Positions 55,410 through 64,000 of a stretch of DNA of 64,000 nucleotides are shown one piece after another (position 1 is the stretch's first letter; the number at the start of each line of letters is the position of its first letter). The stretch is from the NCBI GenBank assembly GCA_963737655.1, contig CAVTTN010000002.1, positions 5,600,001-5,664,000 of the forward strand, given 5' to 3'. Position numbers and translations under genes: made by a program. Origin of the DNA: an uncultured Planctomycetota bacterium. GTDB taxonomy: Bacteria; Planctomycetota; Planctomycetia; Isosphaerales; Isosphaeraceae. Below the pieces are notes generated by a model. The model saw only the letters and a list, made by a program, of their open reading frames with translations, was not told the DNA's origin and ran no database searches.

Positions 55410-56246
55410 CTACTGCTCCTTCGGGAACCGCTTGACCAGGGTGACCTCGTTGCCCTTGTCGTTGTAGCGGAAATCATCGACGAGGCCCTTGGCGAGCATG
55501 ATCCCGAAGCCTCCTTCGCGGAGGCCCAGCTCATTGCGGATGTCCAGGTGGGCGATCGGGTCCTCGTCGTTGGCGGCGTGGGGGAGCGTGGCCGGGTTGA
55601 AGCCGGGGCCCTGGTCCTTGATGATCAGGACCACCGAATCGGAGGCGATCCGATAGGTGATCCTCAGGGGCAGGTCGGCGTTCTTGCGGTGGCCCCACTC
55701 GATGGCGTTGCCGCCCATCTCCAGGACGGCCTGGCGGAGGTCCTTGACCTGCCTCTCGGTCAGCGGCGTGTGGGCGTAGAGGTCGCTGAGCATGTCGTTG
55801 ACCTGCTGGAGGTACGCCAGCTCGCTCCTCAGGTCGAAGTGGATCTCGCCGGTGGTGCCGTGGGTCTCGTGCTCGGTCCGCCAGCCCAGGGCCGAGTCGA
55901 TCGCCTCAAAAAGCTGCGCCGGCGTGAACGGCTTGGGCAAATAGCCGTTGGCCCCGACGCGGATGCCCCGGACCCGATTCTCCGAGTCGTTCAGCGCGGT
56001 GACCATCAGCACCGGGATCAGGTTCGTCTCGCGGGTCTTCTTCAACTGCTCGCAGACGGCGAAGCCATCGACGTCCGGCATCATGATGTCCAGGAGGACG
56101 AGGTCGGGCGCCTTCTGGCGGACGAGGTCCAGCACGGGCCCTCCGGAGAAGACCTGGACCGGCTCGAAGCCGCGGGCCTGGACGAGCCCCGCCAGGAGGT
56201 CGTTGGTGTCGCGCTCGTCGTCCACGATCATCACGGTGCGCGCCAT
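55410..56246 (-). CDS. Response regulator fused to a HATPase_c (RsbW-like) domain
   Basis: VDD, DIMMP, TA and KPF receiver motifs; E...NA.E.G, D.G.GF and GG.G..L ATPase boxes. Confidence 0.88.
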   Translation of the reverse strand: MARTVMIVDDERDTNDLLAGLVQARGFEPVQVFSGGPVLDLVRQKAPDLVLLDIMMPDVDGFAVCEQLKKTRETNLIPVLMVTALNDSENRVRGIRVGANGYLPKPFTPAQLFEAIDSALGWRTEHETHGTTGEIHFDLRSELAYLQQVNDMLSDLYAHTPLTERQVKDLRQAVLEMGGNAIEWGHRKNADLPLRITYRIASDSVVLIIKDQGPGFNPATLPHAANDEDPIAHLDIRNELGLREGGFGIMLAKGLVDDFRYNDKGNEVTLVKRFPKEQ

Positions 56247-56670
56247 CGACAAGGCCCCGGGGGACTGAACCGGCCGCGTCGCTCGCTCGCTCGGTGTCTG
56301 CGCTGGCTGATCCGGGGATTGTCCCGCGCCCGGGCCTGCGAAGCAAGCCACCGGAATCCCGGCGGATCGAAGCCGCTCGATCGGCCTCGCCGGACCTCGG
56401 CGATCGGCGGGTTTCCTCGACGGCCATCGGCCGATCGGCCCCGGATCGCGGGGCGATCGGAGGCCGACGCGCCGGACCGGGGGGAGCCGCCCCGATCGGC
56501 CCGGTCGCCTTCGGGCTTTCGGGAAGCCGGGCCCTTGCGGGCCCATGACTCCATGCGGCAGAATACGGACGGCCGGACGGGTCGCCTCCTCCCGATGAGA
56601 GGGGCCCGTGCGGCCGGCCCTTCCTTTCGATCCGTCCCCGGACCCGCCGCCCCCGCGTGGAACCTCGTCG

Positions 56671-57384
56671 ATGGAAAAGAAACCGCCCAGCGGGATGAAC
56701 ATCCCGAAGATCATTGACACCTTCGGCTACGTCATCTACGGAGCCCTGGCCTTGCTGGCCATCTGGGGTGTGTACAACTCGGTCCTGCTGTACCGGAACC
56801 TGGGGAAGAAGGGTCTCAAGAATGACGAGGCCGCCAGCCTGATCGGCCAGATCCGCGAGCTGACGTCCAAGAACCGCTTCCAGGAGGCCATCGAGGCGTG
56901 CTCGGGCCCGCACTACTGGCACTCCGCCCTGGCCCAATTGATCGCCGTGGCCCTGCGGGTCCGCGACAAGGGGCTGGCGAAGGTCAAGCAGGTCCTCGTG
57001 ATGGAGTTCCACACCGAGGTCATCGCGGCGATGGAGAACCGCCTGGCGTCGATCTCCACGATCGTCCGCATGGGCCCCCTGCTCGGGCTGCTCGGCACGG
57101 TCGCTTCCATGATCGGGGCGTTCGGCCGGATCGGCGGCGGCGAGAAGGTCGACCCCAAGGCCCTCGCCGCCGACATCTCGCTGGCCTTGTGGGCCACCGG
57201 CTCCGGCCTGCTGATCGCCACCCCGATGATGATCGTCGGCAACGACATCCACGCCAAGCTCCGGCACCTCCGAGACATGACCGAACGCCAGCTCGGCGAC
57301 TTCATGGAACTCCTCGAACAGATCGAGGCCCAGGGCGGGCGCGCCTCGGCCCGGCCGGAGAAATCGCGGGCGGTGCTTCGGTGA
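56671..57384 (+). CDS. exbB: MotA/TolQ/ExbB proton channel family protein
   Basis: PLLGLLGTV.SMI.AF and I..AL.AT..GL.IA.P. Confidence 0.9.
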   Translation: MEKKPPSGMNIPKIIDTFGYVIYGALALLAIWGVYNSVLLYRNLGKKGLKNDEAASLIGQIRELTSKNRFQEAIEACSGPHYWHSALAQLIAVALRVRDKGLAKVKQVLVMEFHTEVIAAMENRLASISTIVRMGPLLGLLGTVASMIGAFGRIGGGEKVDPKALAADISLALWATGSGLLIATPMMIVGNDIHAKLRHLRDMTERQLGDFMELLEQIEAQGGRASARPEKSRAVLR

Positions 57385-57509
57385 GTTGTCAGTTGTCAGT
57401 TGTCAGTTGTCAGTTGTCAGTTGTCAGTTGTCAGTTGTCAGTTGTCAGTTGTCAGTTGTCAGTTGTCAGTTGTCAGTTGTCAGTTGTCAGTTGTCAGTTG
57501 TCAGTTGTC
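57384..57509 (+). repeat. Perfect tandem heptamer array (AGTTGTC)x18
   Basis: 126 bp; the first A is the last base of the exbB stop codon. Confidence 0.98.
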
Positions 57510-57544
57510 ATGGGGGGCGGTCGGCTTGGTCCTGGCCTGACATT

Positions 57545-57925
57545 ATGCAAGATTTCCGCGATTTGAATGTCTGGCAGAAGGCCCACCGCCTCACCCTTGC
57601 TGTTTATGAGATCACCGGGCGATTCCCTCGCGAGGAACGCTTCGGTCTGGCGAGTCAGATGCGCCGAGCTTCGACTTCGATACCTTCGAACATCGCGGAA
57701 GGTTGCGGGCGTGGCACCGGAGCGGATTTTGGTCGATTCCTTCAGATCGCGATGGGTTCCGCCTGCGAGTTAGAGTACCAGGCACTCCTCGCATTCGACC
57801 TGGGGATGATCGAGAGCGATGCCTATCAAGTCGTTCAGCGGCTTCTCGCGGAAATCAAGCGAATGCTCGTGTCGCTCATCCAAAGGGTGAAGACAGGTTT
57901 CAGAAACAAACATTTGGAATCCTGA
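57545..57925 (+). CDS. Four helix bundle protein (23S rRNA IVP / bAvd-like, TIGR02436-type)
   Basis: FRDL.VWQKA..L...VY..T..FP.EERFGL.SQMRRA..SIPSNIAEG.GR.....F.RFL.IA.GS..ELEYQ. Confidence 0.93.
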   Translation: MQDFRDLNVWQKAHRLTLAVYEITGRFPREERFGLASQMRRASTSIPSNIAEGCGRGTGADFGRFLQIAMGSACELEYQALLAFDLGMIESDAYQVVQRLLAEIKRMLVSLIQRVKTGFRNKHLES

Positions 57926-57977
57926 GACTGAAACGGGCCCTTCGTCGACTCTTGCAAGAGGGAACCGAGAAATTCCT

Positions 57978-58068
57978 AACTGACAACTGACAACTGACAA
58001 CTGACAACTGACAACTGACAACTGACAACTGACAACTGACAACTGACAACTGACAACTGACAACTGAC
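57978..58068 (-). repeat. Perfect tandem heptamer array (AACTGAC)x13, reverse complement of the upstream array
   Basis: 91 bp; revcomp GTCAGTT is a circular permutation of AGTTGTC. Confidence 0.98.
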
Positions 58069-58086
58069 GAGCCCGCGAGGCATCCG

Positions 58087-58515
58087 ATGCTATTCCAACG
58101 CCAGGCCAGCGAAGAACGCGACGAACATATCGACTTGACGCCGATGGTCGATGTCGTGTTCCAGCTCATGACGTTCATGCTCTTCTCGATCCAGTTGACC
58201 GGCAGCGAGCTGAACGTCCCGCCGGCGAAGCATGGGGTGGGCCTGACCGACGAGGGCACTCAGCAGGTCTGGTTGATGCGGCCGACGGTCCCGGGGGGCG
58301 AGTCGCGGTTGATCGTCGGCGACGCCCCGGACGGCCCCAGCATCACCCAGGACCAGTTGAAGAAGGCGATTGCCGCCGGAGTGGCCCAGGGCCTCAAGAA
58401 CGTCGTCCTCCAAGCCGACGGCGACGTCCCCCACGGCGACGTCCTCAAGACGCTCTCGACCATCAAGGAAGTCGAGAACGTCTCGGCCAGCATCGGCGTC
58501 CAGGAGCCGGATTGA
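58087..58515 (+). CDS. exbD: ExbD/TolR family protein
   Basis: IDLTPMVDVVFQL..F and V.L.ADG.VP.G.V. Confidence 0.9.
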   Translation: MLFQRQASEERDEHIDLTPMVDVVFQLMTFMLFSIQLTGSELNVPPAKHGVGLTDEGTQQVWLMRPTVPGGESRLIVGDAPDGPSITQDQLKKAIAAGVAQGLKNVVLQADGDVPHGDVLKTLSTIKEVENVSASIGVQEPD

Positions 58516-58577
58516 TCCGCGTCATCCGATCCCCAGACCATTGACCACCGATCACCGATAACTTCAGGACCCTCGCC

Positions 58578-59656
58578 GTGGCCAACTGGGACATCTTCCA
58601 CAGCGACCGGCTCGAAGTGGAGCGGAACCTGAGCTCCGAGCAGGTCCGCGACGGCCAGTCCCGGGCGCGATCCGCCCGGACGACCTCGCCCGGCCCGCCG
58701 GGACGCAGGACCCCTGGGTCCGCCTCTCCGAGATCGCCGACCTCGACGCGATGGCCGAGGCCGAGGCGCCGGCCTCGGCCGAGGCGGCGCGGTCGGTCCA
58801 TGACCAGAGCGGCGAGGACGTCGTCGAGATCGACGACCTCAGCGCGTTCCTCATCGACGACGAGCAAGGCGAGGCCGCCCCGCTCGTCCCGCCGAAGAAG
58901 CCCTCGGCCGGCGGCGTCCCCCTGCCCTCCGGCGTCCGCAAGGGCACCACCGAGGACGTCGATCCGACCGGCTTCCCCGACAGCTACGACCGCGACCTCG
59001 ACCTCGACTTCCGATCCGACGCCGCCAAGGTCAACCTCGACGGCGACAACGGCGACGAGGACGAGTACGACCCCGGCGCCGAGGACGAGGAGGCCGCCGA
59101 GTTCACCTTCACCCGAGGCGGGGCCGAGACCGTCGAGGAGTTGGACCTCGCCGCCATGGTCGACGTCGCCTTCCAGCTCGTCCTCTTCTTCCTCGTCACG
59201 GCCTCCACCGTCGTCTTCAAGACCCTGGAGGTCCCCAGGCCCAATCCCGAGGAGAAGGAGAAGGGGACCTCGGTCCAGAGCAGCAACAGCACCAAGACGA
59301 TCGACGACATGGCCAAGGACAACATCCTGGTGGACATCTCCCCCACCGGCGAGGTGAAGGTCAATCGCGAGAACGCCCCGAACGACTTCAACGGCCTGGT
59401 CGCGCGCCTCAAGAAGATCAAGACCGACACCGGGATGACCGGCATGCTCCTGACGGCCGACCCCACCACGGCCCACAAGCACTCCGTCCTCGCGTATGAC
59501 GCCGCCAACGAGCTGGCCCTCCGCATCACCCTCGCCCAGGTCAAGTCCAAGGCCGCCGACAAGTCGGCCGTCCCCCCCGGCGCCGCAGAAGGGGAAGTGA
59601 GCGAAGATCGATCCGCCCCGCCCGCCGACGGCGCGGATCGGATCGTGTTCTCCTGA
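58578..59656 (+). CDS. exbD: ExbD/TolR family protein with long acidic N-terminal extension (frameshift near 58655)
   Basis: LDLAAMVDVAFQLVLFF.V, L.AD....H...V...DAA; about 190 aa of N-terminal extension. Confidence 0.8.
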
Positions 59657-59916
59657 GGATCTGCATTCCTCCGCATCTTTCGAGGATCGATCCTCCGCGG
59701 CCCCGAATCGAGCCCGACCATCGCCGCCGATCTCCCGTAAAGAGAACGGCCCGGCGCGTCCGAGGCGCTTGACTTGCCCACCGGGGCGCGTCAGCCTGGG
59801 ACGTCTCCGGGGACCGTGCGCCGAGGCCCCCACTCACTCGGCCGGGTCGGACCGTCCCTCACGCCTCGCCCTCGCCCTCGTCTCGCCTTGATTCCGAGCA
59901 CCGGGAGCCCGCCTCG

Positions 59917-60970
<1,054 letters not shown>

Positions 60971-61002
60971 CCGCTCCGGCCAGTCGAGGAGGCGGAACGA
61001 CG

Positions 61003-61278
61003 ATGGTCAACCTGGAATCGCTCGACGTCTCCCGGGTCCGCGGCCTCCGCGCGAGGCCGGCTTGCGGGTTGGAGAGCCTCCCCATCGTCCTGGTCATCGG
61101 CCAGGACTGCGAACCCGCGATCCGCCCCCTCTTCGACGCGGATCGGCCCGGCGTGATCCCCGGGCCGGAGATGGTCTTCAGCGACTTCGAAGGGGCCTGG
61201 GACGCCCTCCAGGTGGAGATGGCCGAACTCGACGCTCGCCTCTGGGGCAAGGCGAAGAAGGAGAGGAGGCCCGCATGA
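61003..61278 (+). CDS. Small hypothetical protein
   Basis: RBS GAGGAGG and ATG at 61003; stop overlaps the next start (ATGA). Confidence 0.5.
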   Translation: MVNLESLDVSRVRGLRARPACGLESLPIVLVIGQDCEPAIRPLFDADRPGVIPGPEMVFSDFEGAWDALQVEMAELDARLWGKAKKERRPA

Positions 61279-62894
61279 CCCCCGAGACGTCGAGCACCGC
61301 CGGGCTCCCGCCGACGAAGCCCGCATCCCGGCTCCGCCTCCAGGTGAGGCTGCCGATGCTGATGGTCCTCGTCGCCGGCGCGGCGGCGATCCTCGGGGCA
61401 TGGCGGTTCCGCACCGAGAATGGCGACGCATCTCGCTCGTTCGCGACGATCCAGGTCGGTGAGCTCTCGGGGGGGGAGGCCCCGGCCCGGCGATCGGCGG
61501 CGGAAATGCTCTCGGCGGCACCTCCCGAGGCGTTGGAGCAGATCCTCCCTCCTCTCCTGGCGGCCCTCCGCGACCCGGATGAGGGGGTCCGCGCCTCGGC
61601 GGCGAAGTCGGTCGGGGCGCTCCTCGCAGATTGCGGGCAGAAGCGGAACGGTCAGATCGCCCCGGCCATCGAGGCGGCCACTCCGGCCCTGCTCTCGGCC
61701 CTCGGAGATCCTTCGGCCCCGGTCCGGGCGGAGGCGGCGGAGGCCCTGGGCCGCCTGAAAGGGTCGGTGTCGATCCCGAAAGGCACGCCCGTCGAATTCG
61801 GCCCGGACCCCGGGCGCGTGATCCCCGCGCTGGTGAACGCGACGAAGGACCCTGACGCGAAGGTTCGGGCCGGGGCGGTCGCCTCTCTCGGCCGGATCGC
61901 CCCGCTTTCCGGACCCGTTCCCCCGGCGTTGCTCCGGGCGGTCGATGACCCGGATACAACGGTCCGAGTCCTGGCGATCAGAGCTTCGCTCCGGGCCTGG
62001 TCCGACGCGAGGGCCCTGTGGGTCCCGATGGTCCACCGGCTCGCGCGGGCAGGCCCCGAGGAACGCTCGGCGATCGCTTGGGCCCTCCCGAATCTCGGGA
62101 CCCCGCCGGTCGAACTCGTGCCCGAACTCGTCCGAGCCCTGAAGACCGAGGACTTCGCGTCCAGCCAGACGATCCCGATCGTCCTCGGCCGTCTCGGTCG
62201 GCAGTCCGCGCCGGTCCTCCCGGACCTCCTCCCGGTCGCCCTCGGGGAACTCCAGCGGGGAGATCGAATGGACGCCATCGAAGCGATGGTTGCGATCGAT
62301 CCGGATTCGCCCGAAGCCCAGTCGCTCCTCCCCCTCCTCGTGGCCCGGCTGAAGCGGGGCGAGAGACCGAGAGGTCCGGGGGCAGTCGATCGGCCCACTT
62401 ATACCCAGATAGGGATCGCGAAGTGCCTCGCCGCCTATGGGCCGTCCGCGGCGCCGATCGCCTGGGACCTTGCCTCGGTCTATCGTTCGCTGCCTCCTGG
62501 GCATCGAAGGCTCGCGCTACCTCCCCTCGCGAAGATGGGCCGGGCCGCGCGGCCCGCCCTGCCGATCCTCGCCGACGCGGCGCGCGAGGAGCTGAAGACC
62601 GGGACATGGTCCGAGGCCGTCGAGACGATCCTCACCATCAACCCGGCCTCGGACGCCGCGCTCTCCCTGCTCGTCCCGCTGGCGGCGGCGAAGCACCGGC
62701 CCGGTCGTATTGGGGCTTCCGCCGACTGGGCCCTCAATCAGATCGTCCCCCACAGCAAACCAGCCATGCCGGCCCTTCGAACCCTCGAAAAGACCGGCTC
62801 CCCCGAGGAGCGAGCCCTCGCCGCCGAAGTCCTCAAGCGGATCGAGTCCCAGGATGCCCCTCCCGAGGATCTGCCCGACTCGGAGCCCCGCTGA
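61275..62894 (+). CDS. Membrane-anchored HEAT-repeat protein
   Basis: N-terminal TM segment; repeated L..AL.D.D..VR..AA.ALG. Confidence 0.85.
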   Translation: MTPETSSTAGLPPTKPASRLRLQVRLPMLMVLVAGAAAILGAWRFRTENGDASRSFATIQVGELSGGEAPARRSAAEMLSAAPPEALEQILPPLLAALRDPDEGVRASAAKSVGALLADCGQKRNGQIAPAIEAATPALLSALGDPSAPVRAEAAEALGRLKGSVSIPKGTPVEFGPDPGRVIPALVNATKDPDAKVRAGAVASLGRIAPLSGPVPPALLRAVDDPDTTVRVLAIRASLRAWSDARALWVPMVHRLARAGPEERSAIAWALPNLGTPPVELVPELVRALKTEDFASSQTIPIVLGRLGRQSAPVLPDLLPVALGELQRGDRMDAIEAMVAIDPDSPEAQSLLPLLVARLKRGERPRGPGAVDRPTYTQIGIAKCLAAYGPSAAPIAWDLASVYRSLPPGHRRLALPPLAKMGRAARPALPILADAAREELKTGTWSEAVETILTINPASDAALSLLVPLAAAKHRPGRIGASADWALNQIVPHSKPAMPALRTLEKTGSPEERALAAEVLKRIESQDAPPEDLPDSEPR

Positions 62895-62911
62895 ACCCGA
62901 CGGAACCTTCC

Positions 62912-63826
62912 ATGCCCGCCGAATCCGCCTCCTCGATGCCCCTGGACCCCTCCGCCGTCGCCAAATTCGGGCGGTTGGAGTTGCTGGCTCGTCTGGTCGT
63001 GGAAGGGGTGATGTCGGGCTTGCATAAGAGTCCCTTCAAGGGATTCTCCGTCGAGTTCGCCGAGCATCGCCAGTATGGGCCCGGCGACGAGATCCGCCAC
63101 ATCGACTGGCGGACTTTCGGCAAGACCGATCGCTATTTCGTCAAGGAATATGAGGAAGAGACCAACCTCAAGGCGTACCTCGTGGTCGATACGTCGGGGA
63201 GCATGGCGTATTCGGGGCGGACCGCGTCGAAATTCGAATATGCTCGCCAGCTCGCAGCCTCGCTCGCCTATTTGATGATCCATCAGCGAGACGCCGTGGG
63301 GCTCGTCACGTTCGACACGGCCATCCGGGCGATGCTGCCCGCGAGGTCGTCGCCGGGGCATTTCTCGGTGGTCTGCAAGGCCCTCGAAGAGGCGAAAATC
63401 GGCGGGGAGACGCCGCTTTCGGGCATCCTCCATGCTTTGGCCGAGCGGGTCCGGCGGCGGGGGCTGATCGTGGTCCTCTCCGATGGGTTCGACAAGCTCG
63501 ACGACCTCGCCTCGGCCCTGGGGCACCTGCGGCATCGCCGTCATGAGGTGCTCTTCATGCAGATTCTGGCGCCCGAGGAGGAGGAATTCCCGTTCCGGTC
63601 GCCCACCCGGTTCCGCAACCTCGAAGACGCCTCGAACCTGCTGAGGATCGACCCGGCGGCGCTCCGGGCGACGTACTTGCAACGGTTCTCGGCGCACTGC
63701 GAGGGACTGAAGGAGGCGGCGCTGGGGATGGACGCGGACTATCATCGGGTCAGCACGGCGACGCCCCCCGAGCGGGCCTTGCTCGACTACCTCGCGATGC
63801 GGTCCGGCCGCCGGGGAGGCCGCTGA
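62912..63826 (+). CDS. DUF58 domain protein (MoxR-associated)
   Basis: G.HKSP..G.SVEFAEHRQY.PGD..R.IDW, K.YEEETN, D.SGSM and V.LSD. Confidence 0.92.
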   Translation: MPAESASSMPLDPSAVAKFGRLELLARLVVEGVMSGLHKSPFKGFSVEFAEHRQYGPGDEIRHIDWRTFGKTDRYFVKEYEEETNLKAYLVVDTSGSMAYSGRTASKFEYARQLAASLAYLMIHQRDAVGLVTFDTAIRAMLPARSSPGHFSVVCKALEEAKIGGETPLSGILHALAERVRRRGLIVVLSDGFDKLDDLASALGHLRHRRHEVLFMQILAPEEEEFPFRSPTRFRNLEDASNLLRIDPAALRATYLQRFSAHCEGLKEAALGMDADYHRVSTATPPERALLDYLAMRSGRRGGR

Positions 63827-64000
63827 TGGGCTGGGCGTTCGCCGCTCCGTGGATGCTCTGGGGGCTGCTCGGCGTGAGCATCCCCGTGATCGTTCACTTG
63901 CTCAATCGACGGAGGACCGTGACCGTCGATTGGGGGGCCATGCAGTTCCTCGACGTCGGCCGGAGGGCCCGGCGGAAGCTGCAAATCACCGAATTGCTGC
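63826..64000 (+). CDS. BatA-domain (N-terminal double-TM) protein, truncated by the window edge
   Basis: F..P..LWGL....IP.IVHLL.RRR...V.WGAMQFL. Confidence 0.85.
   Translation, partial: MGWAFAAPWMLWGLLGVSIPVIVHLLNRRRTVTVDWGAMQFLDVGRRARRKLQITELL

Noticed and set aside
57386..57544. N-terminal SCQLSVV repeat extension of the four-helix protein, and mirror ORFs 57770-58063 and 57900-58259
   Set aside because: These are translations of the stop-free heptamer strand; family similarity begins at ATG 57545.
57545..57925. Four-helix gene as a DGR Avd or a 23S rRNA intervening sequence
   Set aside because: No reverse transcriptase, template repeat or rRNA sequence is adjacent; the flanks are exbB and exbD.

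Overview
High-GC bacterial window, most consistent with a planctomycete (Isosphaeraceae-like). This is inferred from two DUF1559 prepilin-type genes, DUF1573 genes, FG-GAP and HEAT proteins and a kinase-FGE fusion. It carries about 55 CDS, including recognisable amtB, floA, fumC, lhr, larC, xseA/xseB and an exbB-exbD-exbD-moxR-(insert)-DUF58-batA run. I saw no rRNA, tRNA, CRISPR array or reverse transcriptase. At least 15 genes show 1-2 nt frameshifts in GC runs, most likely assembly errors. The most notable signals are: (1) a lower-GC four-helix-bundle gene between exbB and exbD, bracketed by perfect, mutually inverted 7-bp tandem arrays (18x AGTTGTC and 13x AACTGAC); (2) a RAYT transposase with flanking and dispersed GTAG REPs, plus several other palindromic repeat families, one inserted in-frame in lhr and one replacing the end of a VapC gene; (3) a kinase-FGE-sulfatase whose 3' end resembles a remote DGR variable region; (4) a lower-GC DUF1573/Cys-rich peptide/DUF1559 export-like cassette. 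All calls come from visual motif recognition; no database searches were run.
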